Part shown: positions 32,192 through 46,977 of the stretch, in pieces
Layout of the letters: every line of letters begins with the position of its first letter
Numbering within the stretch: position 1 is the first letter of the stretch
DNA from: the human T2T-CHM13v2.0 reference genome, Homo sapiens
Length of the DNA stretch: 64,000 nucleotides
NCBI RefSeq assembly: GCF_009914755.1
Contig: NC_060930.1
Reading direction: 5' to 3' (one strand)
Program-made: the position numbers and the translations under genes
Notes under the pieces: generated by a model
Databases searched by the model: none
What the model saw: the letters and a program-made list of their open reading frames with translations, nothing else
What the model was told of the DNA's origin: nothing

Positions 32192-32325
32192 TGAGGTGAT
32201 GGGTATCACAATTACTCTGATTTGATCATTACACATTGTATGCTTGTATAAAATATCACACTTACCCCATAAGTATGTACAACAATTATGTACTGATAAA
32301 AATTAAAAATTAATAAAAAGAAAAA
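32192..32325 (+). mobile_element. L1MA extreme 3' end
   Basis: TGAGGTGATGG...CTGATTTGATCATTACACATTGTATG...ACCCCATAAGTATGTAC plus A-rich tail. Confidence 0.75.
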
Positions 32326-34597
32326 TCTAAATTGAGCAGAAGTAGCAAAAATGGCGAAGGGGCAAGTGTCTCCGGCTTCTGCTGAAATAGCCTGGCTGAG
32401 GCCATGGATGCTTCTCAGAGAGAGCATGGGAGTTGCATGAGAATGAAGCTGTCATCTACGGAAATGGAGCAGACTTTGGTGATATCCCTGGTATAAATTC
32501 TTGTCTCCACCACTTGACTGAAAAGCCATTTTAGTACTCTGGGCCCATTTCTCATTGGGAACCATGACACGTTCTTTTTAGGGTGATTGCGATAGTTAAA
32601 TGTGAAGTGGCCAGCACAGTCTGTGCAGATGTCACTTGTCTTACCTCTGATCCAATTCATCCTGTTTCCTCCACACCTTTCCTTTCCTTTTTTTAACTGA
32701 GGACTTCATCTTTACAGGATACCACAGTCTTTTATTCAGCTTTCTTCTCCCTCCGTATTGGATATTCATTGCTAATGGAAATTTATACTCTTACCACAGA
32801 ACTATTTTGATGCCCAGATCATTTGACATGAACACTAACCAATCAGTGTGCCTTCTTTTTAATGCTCCAAGTACTTTTGTTAAGAACATTTGTTAGGACA
32901 ACCACATTCCATGGTTTCAGGTAAATCCCTTGGCAGACAATAATGAGCAGGTCAGGAGAGTCCTTGGTTTCCATTTGGTTAGATTTTTTTTTCCTCTATA
33001 ATCCTTTATTTCCCCTATTCAGATCAAGGGTTTATTATGACCCAGTTCTCATGTTCTTAATAACCATGGAAATCAACACGTCAAGATATAAGGTCCATCC
33101 AGAGTTTAGCCTAAAATATATTTATTAAACCCTAAATCTGGTTTGGTTCTTCTTTTGTGTTTGGTTTTCTTTTAATCTATACTTTTAGGGAATGCTGAGT
33201 GAATTTGTTCCAGAAAGTCCTTATGAAAAAGATGCAAGTAGAAAAGTAGAGAGGAAAATGACAGGGAATTTCATGGAAAATAGACAAAGAAAGATTTCTC
33301 TTTACATAATGTCATGTAAGAGCTTAGGAGTTGCCCCTATGTTCACTATTTTTTAATAAAATTAACTTGACCTGCTTTCACAAAGGAACTTCTAGTCTTA
33401 AACATTTGGAATGTGCTCAGTTGAATAAACTCTCAAACAATTTCTTTTTCCTACTTAAAGTTATTCTGAGATATACAACATTCAGTGGAACTTTTATAAG
33501 AGAGGTCAAAAGCAGAAATAATTTCTAAAAGGGTGAAGGAATATTACTGACATTGTCTGACCTTCAAGCAAATAAAGCAAATCTGCATTTGTGATCCTAT
33601 GAACTATACCATGAACATGGCATTTTCAAAAAATATTTTATGGGCCAGTCCTCCAAGTGTTATTTAGCATCTCATGCAACAATGAGAACTTATCATATAG
33701 AAAAGTGAAAATTGTTGCTGTGATGTGTGCAGTTGATAGAGAATAGAAATAGCCTTCTCAGTAGCTAATAAAATGCCATCTGGAAACACCTTTCAACACT
33801 GATGTTACATTTTATTTTTTTAATGCACCAGAGACTGCATGGAAAATTAGGTTTTGTGAAAGCTAGCAAAGTGGCATGGCCATTGCCTTTCCTTGGGAGT
33901 TTGTCATTTATATTTATGATATTGTTTCTAAACTGACAAGGTGACTCAAATTAAATCTATTTGCAGGACTTACTTTGAATGTGCTGCTGTAGATTTCTAT
34001 ATATCACAAATCCACACCTTGAAAACTGACTAAATAAATATCACACCTTACTTACTAGTGTCCTCTGATATTTTTGGTAGTCAATGTGAAATAGAAGGTC
34101 AGATTTTGTTTTCCTTCCAGTCTTAATGGAGTAAAAAATTTTGCCCATTGTATTATTAGATAACTCATACATTTGTTTTCTCTCTCCCTAAGGGAAGTAA
34201 AATGAGCATGTCTTCAGTTTACTCTGTCTGAGACACACATTCATGCAAAGAGCATTTAAGGAAAGTATTAAGGTATTAAGAAACCTGAGGCTAAGCAGGA
34301 CAAATAAAAAAAAAACTTGCCCAGAATCCAACAGCTGGGAAGGGGCTGAAATAGAGCTACAACCCAGGTCAGCCTATTGCCCAAGTCCATGTTCTTTCCA
34401 AAACTCAGTATGTTCACAGAATTCAGCTGAGATACAAAATCCTAGATGTACAATGATAAAAGCCTACAGAGGAAACTTGATCAATGCGACAGAAAGAAAG
34501 AGAAATTTGTTTTCAAACTGAAGTCAGAATCTTAGAAATGGAAGGCATTATACCCGTCAATATAGATTACATGATTAGATTACTTCCACATCATCTG

Positions 34598-34649
34598 CAC
34601 ACACACACATGTGCACATGCGCAAGCACACACACACACACACACACACA
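34598..34649. repeat. (CA)n microsatellite, interrupted
   Basis: Read directly from sequence. Confidence 0.9.
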
Positions 34650-36714
34650 AATATTCACATGCATCTGTGTTAAAAATACTCCAATTATTGAATACAAATA
34701 AACTGACAGAGGAAATGTGTCTATAAGAAGAGGTATGCATGCAGCATTTCTTAGCACCCTGCTTTCTTTCCACTCTTGATTACCTATGGAGTGCAGAGTT
34801 CCTACTGACATTATCCTAGGAAGTATACTATCACACATATATTGATATTTCCTGATTCTTGAATTAAATTTGACCTCAGTTTTCCATATTTGCATGGAAG
34901 ATAAACAGTAGGGTAGTAGAGTGAATGACAGCCTACGTTGCACACAAGTAACTAAAAAATATTTTTGCTGCCAATTTCCTACTGTTTAGGAAAACCCATT
35001 GCAAGAACGTGCCTTAACAACATTTCCTCTTCCCTATCCCTTTTCCCATTCCATTACTCACACAAATCCCCTTTTCACATTATCACCTCCTATATAATCT
35101 CTCCTAGATCAAAATGTATGTGTGTAAATGACCTAATATGGAAGATCTGTTAACATCTCTATCAGAGCTATTTAGTTTACTCTGAGTTCTAACTGAAATT
35201 AAAGATGTGGTCTACTGTTAAAGAATGTCCAGCACAATGTAGGATGCAGGAAATTATTTTGGGGCAGCATCTCTGAAATCATATGAGTTGATTTTTTGTT
35301 GTTGTTCTACAATTTATTGTCCCACTGAATAGTGACTTTGAAGAGTTTCAGAAATTTTAAACGAGTAAAACTGCTATTTAATATCATGTCTATTATGGTA
35401 ATCTCAAGCAGTCACATCTTCAGAAAAACAATAGAGGAAAGGTATTTCACATACTGTTTTTACTCTGCTCAAGAATGGTTCATATGCACAGATTGACTAA
35501 CAATTGGATGTTTAAAGAACCCTTAGCTGGATTCTTAGCAAATGGAAGTGTAGAATTATCCCAAATGCCTTCTATAGTAAAGTATGACATTTGGGAGGAT
35601 AAAAGAAAATCATTTTGAATTTTGGCACAAAAAAATTCTTTCTTTTCCTGGATTATTCACTTTATGATCAAAATAAATCTTAGTCAAAGAGCTTAGTTCT
35701 TTGGGAGAAGTAGCTTTCTGTGCCAAATAGGAAGTGATTAAATTTTCTCACCTAAAAAAGGCAGTAAACACAGGTTATCTCAATTATTTGGCCTATTGCA
35801 AACATCGTCTCTATGATCTACTTTATATTAATGATGCTGTCAATCTAGATACATATAAGGCATGTCTGAAAAGTTTTACTCCCCCAAATCATAAAATCGT
35901 TTGCCAGTAGTCTAGTTATCAGATTCTTTTGTGACCAATAACGTATTTAATACAACCACCCCGGGTCTGAGTAAGGGTTTTACAAAATGGATTGAAAGTA
36001 AGGGGCCTATTGTGAGCTAACTTATGCTTTTAATAAGCAATCCTAAAGGATTTCAAAGCAGATCAACCATATGCTGTGACTTAGGAATTATCTCTCTAAT
36101 CACAGAGGCCTTGGCCAATCCTAGGCAAAAAAGAAATGCAACTTGAAGTTAGTAAGCTAATTCAGTTTTTTAAAAAAGATATCACAGTAACATGTTAATA
36201 AATGATAAAATTCATACCCTATATTTTCAATCTTATCTCCTTTTATGAATTTCATGCTCTGTCCATTTAATCCCTGTCATTATTTAGGCTCCATATATTG
36301 TCTGTTTTTGAAGGTTTTATTTCTCTCACAGAAGAAAATTAGGAACCTGTTTTATCTTCTCCTCAAGGAAAAGAATCACGTGGTAAGCAAAGTTTTGTTT
36401 TCAAAGGTTGGATGTGAGACTGTTACAAAGTATAATAATAATTACTATAGCAAACATTTATTGTGGTTTTTACCACATGGTGCACAGTTCCAAAAAGTTA
36501 CATGCATTGTCTCATTTAATTCTTGTAACAAACATTTGAGCTCTATTATTATCCCTTTTTTAAGACAAAAAACTGCAGCACAAAATATGCAGGACTACAA
36601 CAGTGCATGTCGACAAAGTAAATGGCTGTCTCTGGAGTTGGACAGTGTATGACCCATGCACAATTAGCAATGGCCCTTGCAGTCAATGTTTTTAGAATTA
36701 AATTTAAATGTTCT

Positions 36715-37008
<294 letters not shown>

Positions 37009-39609
37009 TTAAATGTTCAACTTAATATTAAGCTTTCTCAGTGTATTTGCAATTTTTTCAAATAATATTTTTATAGGCATAGGTACCCTAAACCAATGAG
37101 AATATGTTACAGGCAAAGAGGGCCATCTGCCTACTGTCCTTCAATTCTTGATGTCTAGATAACCATCTTATTCTGTCTGACAAAAAATTGCCACTAATAT
37201 TGCTCTGATGACCATATGGTCTGATGAGAATGACAAAACTAAAATAAAGGCAATAGGACAGAATGCTTAAAGTCAAGTCAAGATGGTTCAGAAAACCTGA
37301 GAATGTCATCAGTGTGGCTCTACTTTTCTACCCCCTTAAGCAAGCTCAGGGCTCAGCTTTCCATTCACAGAAGGAATTGAACAGCAAAAATGTCTCTTTA
37401 CTAAAGAGACATATAGCATTTACTGGGCATGTGTAGCTCTGCAAAATCACAGGAAAATCTTTGTTTTTATTTTCTAAAAGTAATAGCATATTAAAATTTG
37501 GCAAATGATAGTCAACCAATAAAAGTATATGGTATCATGAATTCATAGCATTTGTCTGAATTAATATTTTGCCTATGGTTTCAGAATCAAAGGGTATTGG
37601 AATAATCCTGCCAGAAGTTATTAAATTCTGCCTTTCCCTGTTTTTCAGGACTTCAGGGGAATTATGGTAAATAGTAAGAAGAGGTCAGTATAACAATAAG
37701 AGGTTTGAATGTAAATGGAGGAAACAGTTCATGGAGAACTAGTAACTTAAAAAGGAGTCTGTGTGAGTTAGGGATGGATTCACAGAATATAATTCAGTAT
37801 TAATCTCATATTATTCTAGTATGACATGTAGCACAGTTCATAAACAATTATCAACATTTAATTTTATTGACCACAGATCAGAATTACAAAGGGTGACCTT
37901 AGGAGCATCTAAGTAAATTATTAAACAGACATGATTTTTCTCAGAGTGTTTATAGCACCTAAGGGTTTCTTGGATGGGCATCATTTCAAATACAGTGTCA
38001 GGAAAATAGAATAATCCTGAACTTAGGGAGACACCTACAGGTACAGTAGGAAAAAAAATAATAAAACGAGGATCTGAGAACCAGAAAACAATAGCATTGT
38101 GTTTAATTAGGAAAACCAAAATAGTTCTTCCTTGAAAACATTTTTGAATGCTTAGAGCATTTTTCATAATGATAAGCACAACATATACAAGGATATCTTA
38201 ACAGCAAATATATGGTTTTTCAATTTTATCTCTCAACTTTAGGCTACTTCTACAATCAAACTTTGTCTAATGGCCTAAAAGACGACCCACAGTTCTTTGA
38301 AAGTGAGTTAGGATTTACTTATTGGTAGAAATAACATTAGTTGTCATCATTGTCATTATCATTATCATCATCTTCATTATCATTTTTACTGAGTGTCTAC
38401 CAAGCAGCAATAAGTATATTTAGATATTAATCACTTTGGCAAGTTTTTTCTTCAGTTAAAATAAAAATATTTCTGGTAGAATAAATATATTTTGCATTAA
38501 TAGACATTTTCACCATAACATATATGGTTTTATTAGATTCATTTTTAAGAATAGGTTTTTGACTAGTATGAAGTGCAGAGGAGTTTAAGGATGAGAATGG
38601 AGGGTGGCAGTGACATGTGGCATAATTTTGTTAGCAAATAGACAGACCTAGAGCTTTTTAAAAGCTTCTCCCCTCACCACCCACCCCCCATTATATGAAT
38701 TCCCATTCTGTGAGATGAAAATCAAAGGAAGGAGTAATCATCCAAATTTTTTTATTGTTTTCTGTTACTTTAATTTAAATCTCCAGTTCCACGCAGGTTT
38801 TGCTCAGAAAGGACACCTCTCCAAAGCTCTGCTTCACTTCCTGTACTTAAAATATTTATACAATAGTTAAATTTTCATTACGTTACAGGAAGAGAATTTT
38901 CATGTCTTCAGTGCCCCCTAAACACATCATTCTGGTGCTCTTCTGGTGCCGGAAAAGCTCAGAGAGCTCTAGTATGGACACAAATTATCACTGAGAAAAA
39001 AATTCCCATCATTTTACCTTTTCCTGATTTTGACATTATACCAGTGTATTCAGTCATGAAATCACTGCACATCAAAAGAGGTCCACAGAAAACAACCAAA
39101 ATGGGTGAGGGGATATAGCAGATTCCACACAGCAATACCTAAGGATCTAGAGACTTTTTTAAAAAAGATAAAATCTAGTTTCTGTCAAGCCAATCTTCCA
39201 AAATAAAATCATATCCTCTCCATTTCTGACGTCTCTCATCAGCACCTAAGCAGATAAGCTTAGATACTTTGAATTCTCTATTATATCACTATAACAGCCT
39301 TTTAATTCTTTTCTCCGTCATTGCCCACATAAAAAGCCATATTCTATCTGCTGTGCTGAAACAATCAGATTATTTCTCTGGTTAAAACTCTTATATGGCT
39401 CTCTATAATCTTCAGGATAACAATCCAAATTTCTTAACAGCATAAGCCTCTAAATAATCTGTTCTCCGCCTACTGCTTGGTTTCACACCTTAACATTCAT
39501 TATTTCTATAAAATAATAATAATAGGAACACTAATACAATAATAACAATATAATAACTAATATTTACAAAGCCTGTATTATGTGCCAACCACTGTCCTAA
39601 ATATATTGT

Positions 39610-40535
39610 TTTTATTTTGATAAAATATTTATATAACATACAATTAATCATATTAACCATATTTCAGTGTAGAGTTCTGTGGACTTAAGTGCATTCCCAT
39701 TGACCTGCAACCATCACTGACATCCATCTCCAGAACTCTTTTTCTCTTGCAAAACTGAAACTCGGTAGCCACTAAAGAATAACTTCCCCTTTTCCCCTCC
39801 CCTCCCAGCTCCAGGGGACCACCATTCTACTTTTTTCTCTGTGAATTTGGCAACTATAGAAACCTCATACAATTGGAATCATACAGTACTTGTTTTTTTT
39901 TTTTTTTTTTTTTAAACTGGCTCATTTCGTTTAGCAAAATGTCTTCAGGGACGCATGAGCATATTGTAGCATGTGTCAAATTTTCTTCCTTGTTAAGGCT
40001 GAATAATATTCATTGTAAGTATATACCACATTTTATCATGGACACTTGGGTTGTTTCTACCTTTTGGTTATTATGAGTAATGCTGCTATGTGCTATGAAC
40101 ATTTGTGTCTTTGTTAACAAATTACCATCAACTGCATGGCTTAAACAACAGGCATTTATTTCTGTTATTCCAGAACAGGCAGTTCTGGAGGCTGGGAAGT
40201 AGAAGATCGAGATGCTAACCAGTTCAGCTCCTGGTAAGGATTCTCTTGAAGATGGCTGCCTTTGTACTGTATCTTCACCTGACCAGGAAAACTCTGGTCT
40301 CTTCTTACAAGGGCACTAATTCCATCATGAGGATCCCATCCTCATGACGGCATCCAAACCTAATTACCTCCCAAAGATCCTACCTCCAAATACCATTACA
40401 CTAGGGGTAAGCACTTCAAAATAAAAGTTTGGGTAGTCACAAACATTCAGTTCATAGCAATTAGTGTATAAATCTGTTTGAGTCCTGCTTTAACTTCTTT
40501 TGAGTATATACCCAGAAATGGAATTACTGGATCAT
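39610..40535 (-). mobile_element. L1MB 3' fragment split by an MLT1A LTR
   Basis: CATCCATCTCCAGAACTC...GCAAAACTGAAACTC; GCTATGAAC resumes as TGTATAAATCTGTTTGAGTCCTGC after the LTR. Confidence 0.78.
40106..40459 (-). mobile_element. MLT1A-like solo LTR nested in L1MB
   Basis: TG...CA termini, GGCTTAAACAACAG, CTAATTACCTCCCAAAG, ACAAACATTCAG; TSD ATTTG/ATTAG. Confidence 0.8.
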
Positions 40536-40564
40536 GCGACATCAAAACTTTAAAAATGGCACTA

Positions 40565-40837
<273 letters not shown>

Positions 40838-40977
40838 CTAAATTAGCCCTACTGTAAAGGCTGTTCTTGACCCAGACTAACAGAGCTTAAAAGCAAGCAT
40901 GGAAAAAATAAAAATGAACTGCAAGTAGTTTAACTTTCTGCGAGGACATAGTTCAATACTCTTTGAAGGAATGCAAC

Positions 40978-41336
40978 TGATATGGTTTGGCACTGTGTCC
41001 CCACTCAAATCTCATCTTGAATTGTAATCCCCACTTATTGGCGGGACCTGCTGGAAGGTGACTGGATCTTGGGGGTGATTTCCCCCATGCTGTACTCATG
41101 ATAGGGAATGAGTTCTCACGAGATCCGATGGTTTAAAAATGTGGCACTTCCTCTCTTTCTCTCTGCCCTGCTGCCATGGAAGACATGCCTTGCTTTCCCT
41201 TCACTTTCTGCCATGACTGTAAGCTTCCTGAGGCCTCCCTAGCTATGCAGAACTGTAAGTCAATTAAACCTCTTCTCTTTATAAATTACCCAGTCTCAGG
41301 TAGTTCTTTCTAGCCATGTGAAAATGGACTAACACA
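40978..41336 (+). mobile_element. THE1D-like MaLR solo LTR
   Basis: TGATATGGTTTGG...GGACTAACACA; TSD GCAAC/GCAAA. Confidence 0.9.
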
Positions 41337-42839
41337 GCAAACTAACACAAAACTTACAATATGTCATCTAATGATCAATTACCGGGTCTACAAAAAAGCA
41401 ACATAACCCACAACCAGAAAGAAAAAAAATGAATGCATACTCCAAAATGACAGAAATAATAGAATTGTCATGCAAAAACCTTAGCATAGCTAATATATTA
41501 CAAATATGTTCAAAAATGTAAAGAAAAATGTGACAAATAAGAGAAATAGAAAGCTACAAAAAAAAAATCCCAAATGTAACTTCTAGAGTTGAGAAACACA
41601 GTATCCAAATGAAAAATATGTCACTATTGTTAGGCGAACAGCCTCCTCACTTTTACTTAGGAAACATATGATACAGAATTTTTGAATGACTTAACTAGCG
41701 CTCTATTATCAGAAGACTATTAATTGGAAACATATTTTCTGGATTATCCAGTCTGGAGTTCTTTTTTTCTATATTTTATATATATTTTCTATATGTTTTT
41801 CAACAACACTTTGTGCAAGACTTTGAAAGAGTCCAAGGCTCAACAAATGAACTTCCCTTCTCCAGATTAGCTTTTTGATAGAACACTGCACATAGATATG
41901 ATGTGATGCCACTAGCCTACTTATAATATTGCTAGAAATACTTTGTTTGCCTTCCCTGTAGTTATGGAACTCCATCTATTATAGCCAGAAGTTCCACTTG
42001 AGTCTATTTACTCCTGACTCATTTGGGAAGAAGAGTCAATGGTGTCTATAATCAGAGCAGTCTTTACAGTAAAGGAAAAGTAGTGCCTGCTTTGTATAAC
42101 AATTACTGTTAGTTGTTACAGTCTTGGAAAAGTCTTACATATTTATTAATCCCAGTTGACATATTCATTAATAACAGAAGAAGCTCTGAGAATAATTTTT
42201 TTAAGACTGGATTTGAGAAAGTACATCCTCAGATACCTTTGATGCAAATGTTTGATTCAATACAAAAGTGATTCTTCTTCAAATTTTTTGTCACCAACTA
42301 TATATGTACTGACTCTAAATTTTGGACCTTTCTGCAGAATAATGAATAGCAAATATGGGTAGTTATAAATCTTGATAATGTGGTTTTCCTCAGATATGAA
42401 TATGAAAACTGCTGAGTCTGGAGCCAGCAAACCAGGCTCTAGACATGCTATAAATATCATGTCATGTTGGTTAAATCTTCCTTTCTCTGCATCAGTTGCC
42501 TATACATAAAGTGAGGGGATATGACGATTTTGTAATGTGTAATGTGTCAATTTAGCTAGAATGAACTACAGTCTCCAAAATTCCCTTTCTATTATATCTC
42601 CAGTTAGGATGAGATACAACGGATAAGATATTCCCTCTCTTTTGTGGATTGGAGGATGGAAAGGAGACAATCCTTCTGTAGCACACACACAAACACATTC
42701 CCCCAGTTGATCAAACACTAATCTCTGAATAATGCTGGAAAGAAATTTTGTAGATATAATTAAAGCCCCTAAACAATTGGCTTTAATCAAAAGAGAGATT
42801 ATCCTGAGCAAGCCATCTGACTTAATCAGATAAAAGCTC

Positions 42840-43261
42840 ACTAGATAAATAAAATGTGGCACACATACACCATGGAATACTATGCAGCCATAATAAAGAA
42901 TGAGTTCATGTCCTTTGCAGGGACATGGATGAAGCTGGAAACCATCATTCTCAGCAAACTAACACAGGAACAGCAAACCAAACACCGCATGTTCTCACTC
43001 CTAAGTGAGAGTTGAACACGTGGACACAGGGAGGGGAACATCACATACAGTGGCCTGTTGGGGAGTTGGGGAGCAAGGCAAGGGAGAACATCAGGACAAA
43101 TACCTAATGCATGCAGGGCTTAAAAAACTTAGATGATGGGTTGATGGGTGCAGCAAACCGCCATGCCACATGTATATCTATGTAACAAAACCTGCATGTC
43201 CTGCACATGCATCCTAGAACTTAAAGTATAATTTAAAAATACAAAATAAAAATAATAAAAA
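42840..43261 (+). mobile_element. L1PA7/8-like 3' end
   Basis: ATGGAATACTATGCAGCCATA...ATACCTAATGCATGCAGGGCTTAAAA...AACTTAAAGTATAAT plus A-rich tail. Confidence 0.88.
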
Positions 43262-43401
43262 GGGTTTGAACCTTTCCTGAGCCCAGACTCCAGTCATTGA
43301 ATCAACAATTGCTCTCCCTTCCGTCTATTATCTTCCTTCCTGACTGGTTCCCTGAAGAAAACAAGCTTCAGCTTATGCCTGTGGGGTTCCAGCCGGCTCA
43401 T

Positions 43402-43403
<2 letters not shown>

Positions 43404-43443
<40 letters not shown>
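43404..43443. repeat. (CA)n microsatellite (~19 units)
   Basis: Read directly from sequence. Confidence 0.95.
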
Positions 43444-43445
<2 letters not shown>

Positions 43446-44263
43446 ATACACACGTCTCCTACTGATTCTTCTTCTCTGAACCCTGATTGGTAAGAGTTTA
43501 AGTTAGTTAATGCCTGAGTTCCCTATTTCTTCAGTTCAGGTGTGGATATGTGTATATGGTGTGTTTCTCACAGATGAACTCTTGATTCTTCATTAGCCTA
43601 TAAACAAAGCAAAGATATCTAGATCACACTGGCTATGAATGCAAAATCTTCTTCCTATCTCTGTCAGTTGCCTCACTGGCATCATGCATCATAAATATAA
43701 TCTTATCAAAGATGAAATAACTGTAACTAAGATTGGGCACTATTAGATTGATGAAGTGCTCACCTGTGAAACAACACATATCAGTAAGTTAAATTGCTTT
43801 GTGCAGTATGTTTTGGTTGTGCTGGAATCTTCTATTTTGAATCAGATGTTTTCGATGAAAGGAAATGAGGAAAGTAGTTGTCTTCCTGATCCATTAATTA
43901 TTTTCTTGTACTATTTGGTGAATATCGGATAGCTTATCTGTATAAAATATCTATCCACTTTTTTAATATACTTGGTTATTTTCCTGATCATTTCCAAAAG
44001 TCAGCTCATTGTTGGGCATACAAGTTTTCATCCAAAAATAAGGATAGTAATAAAGGTCGGATGAAATTTCTTTTGGAATCTTTTGGAATCTAAATAACAC
44101 TAAAGTGTTTAAGTTTTAACACTTTCTCGATTTAATAATAATGAGAAAATTTAATCTTAGAGTCAGGCCAGATTTCATTTCTATGAGTTATGCCACTGGA
44201 TATTTCAGAAAATAGGTTTTCAATAGTAAGGTTATTGGAGCCAGTACTTCTGACTTCGGGTAA

Positions 44264-44274
44264 ACACACACACA

Positions 44275-44309
<35 letters not shown>
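44264..44309. repeat. (CA)n microsatellite with one interruption
   Basis: Read directly from sequence; reads (TG)n on the MMUT strand. Confidence 0.95.
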
Positions 44310-44312
<3 letters not shown>

Positions 44313-44408
44313 GGATGTGAAATTTGGTAGCAAGTGGCTGCTATTCTTCCTCCCAAAGTAGTCTACTCAAAAGATACTGTCAAGAGCTGTAAATTCCTCA
44401 AGGATGAG

Positions 44409-44414
44409 TTTATT
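44409..44414 (-). terminator. Candidate distal poly(A) signal of MMUT
   Basis: AATAAA on minus strand with a (TG)n tract ~100 nt downstream. Confidence 0.45.
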
Positions 44415-44774
44415 TCACATGTCACCCAGCATGCAACTGAACACATCACAGAAACCAAATACTTACTAAATTAGTGTGCATTGCTTTACAAGGAAAAGTC
44501 AATAAAATGGCATAGTGAATATATCATTGGACTTGAAGTCAGTGTTCATCTGAAAATGGGAACAATAATCATGACAATACCATTCAGATAATCATATTCT
44601 GAAAATTAAATACATTGTATTACAATGAGTTTGTAAATTCTACAGTAATGTATCTATAATACTTTCCAAAAGACTGCTCTCTGATCTAATACAATAGAAA
44701 TTTATTAAAAAAGATAATTATTTATGTTATATTCATGTAATGGATCATGTTAACAATAAAGGACAACTTTCCTT

Positions 44775-44850
44775 TTTTATTTAAACTTTTTTTATTTTAC
44801 ATTCTGGGGAACATGTGCAGGATGTGCAGATTTGTTAAACAGGTAAATGG
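44775..44850 (-). mobile_element. Ultra-short (~76 bp) L1PA 3'-end insertion
   Basis: ACATGTGCAGGATGTGCAGATTTGTTAAACAGGTAAA is the L1PA terminal sequence; TSD CAACTTTCCTT (44764-44774 / 44851-44861). Confidence 0.8.
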
Positions 44851-45757
44851 CAACTTTCCTTCTTTAGTGAGCAAATCTTTCAGTAAGCAAAGTACAGGTG
44901 TTCTCTGTGATATTTTTATTTTTGCAATTTATGTTTAAGGAGCAAATCTATGCAAGGTAGCATCTTTCTAGATCTGGAAAGTTGAATTCTTTCTATATCA
45001 CAGACCTACACTCACAGTTGACATCACCATTCTAGACAAAGCCATAACTACAACCTAAGCACTTTTATTTAAAGGAATGTTCATCAACATCCACTCTCCT
45101 TGGTCTTGAGCCAAGCCCAGAAATAACAAGGTCAGATGGTCATGATCAGGAAGAAAGTAAACTCAGACTTGAAGAAATATACTGTCAAATTCCCCATATT
45201 CCAACCTGCTGTGCTTGATTTTAATACTTCTTTTATTAAGGTGATTCTGGTAGAATTTGGCTGAGGACTCCTCCCAAAATCTCTTTTGCCACGTAAATAC
45301 ACTCCACTAGTTTTTCAAGATAGGTTTTTATTAATATATGGATTTTATTTTCTGGTGCTCAAGACAATGTAATGCTAAACTGACAAATGGGAATAGTCAG
45401 AGTTTTTTTAGGTACAGTTTAATTCTTAATATAAAAAGTAAACAGATTTATAAGAAACATTCTAATAAATACATCACCATGATTTTTAAAAATAATACCA
45501 TTGTCCAGAGTTCTTGATAAAGTATTGTTATAGAGAGTATAGAGAGTTTTTAGGGATTTTTTTTTTATTTTTGAAGTGAAACTGTATGTACATACTTATA
45601 GCATGACACCAGGCCTATAAGTAAGGTATTTTAAAGTAAAGCTTTCAAGGAAAGTACAAATCAGGTATTGAAATTAAATTGAAGACATAGCTTTACTCTC
45701 TTCTTTGATCATAACTAAAATAATATTTTAGACAAAAGCTAAAACAAAAAGAGGATA

Positions 45758-45907
<150 letters not shown>

Positions 45908-46391
45908 TTAATAAGAGCCACTATTTCCATTTTCACGGAAATAAAACCCTATCCTTTCTTCTTTGTCACTCAATTACCCAAAACCTTCTCAACTGGTATA
46001 CTACTGGCATTTGGGGCTAAAAAATTCTTCCTTGATTGGGAGTGCTACTAATAGTCATCAGCACCAGCCTCCCAGCCCAAGTTATTTAAAAAACAAAACA
46101 CTCCGCCCATTTTCTAAATGCCTCTATGTGTTGCTTGTGGTAGGAAGCTGGATATCCTGACTGAGAACTTCTGAGCCTTAAGCCATAATTTTCTCTCACC
46201 TAAATTTTCACTAGTTGTCATTATGTGTGTTAAATTTAGTATGATGTGATAAGTTTGAGCCTAAAAAACTATTTTCTCCTAGGTATTTTGTCTGCAGTTA
46301 GTGAATGATGGCACTTTGAATTTGGACAACTGATAGATTTTCTATAAATGAAAATAAGCCCATTTTTTTTTTCATTCTCTGTTGCTGTTGA

Positions 46392-46729
<338 letters not shown>

Positions 46730-46869
46730 TTAACAGTCAAAGTATGAGTGAAAAGATATCAAGGGCACAAATAATACTGCAGGATTTAGGCTGTTATAAC
46801 ATCTGAACATTTGTAGCTGCAATATCGATTGATGTTAGGATGTGCTACAAGAACCTGATCATTATCCAG

Positions 46870-46977
46870 TAGGGTGATCATATATGACAGGACAGTCTGA
46901 TTTTTGTTTATTGTTGCAGCACCCTTTTTAAGAGCACCCATTTCTATTCTCAAGTGATAAATTATATGGTCATGCTA
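46870..46977. mobile_element. MER94-like hAT MITE
   Basis: Imperfect TIRs TAGGGTGATCATATA / TATATGGTCATGCTA; internal GATAAATTATATGG. Confidence 0.55.

Larger units (their letters stand above)
42520..43495 (+). mobile_element. Old ERVL-type LTR (MLT2F/LTR52-like) interrupted by an L1PA 3' end
   Basis: ATGTGTCAATTTAGCTAG..., GAGATTATCCTG...TTAATCAG; 3' end with CA tract then TTCTCTGAACCCTGA. Confidence 0.55.
44390..45757 (-). other. MMUT: MMUT 3'UTR (distal end uncertain; multiple candidate poly(A) signals)
   Basis: Follows TAA at 45758-45760. Minus-strand AATAAA at 45564, 45344, 45327, 45232, 45064, 44915, 44791, 44776, 44701 and 44409; the last fits a recalled ~1.4-kb UTR. Confidence 0.6.

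Noticed and set aside
44025-44125. Small inverted repeats (TTTCATCC/GGATGAAA, AAAGTGTT/AACACTTT) as a structured RNA or terminator
   Set aside because: 8-bp AT-rich arms are expected by chance, and hairpin terminators do not apply to Pol II genes
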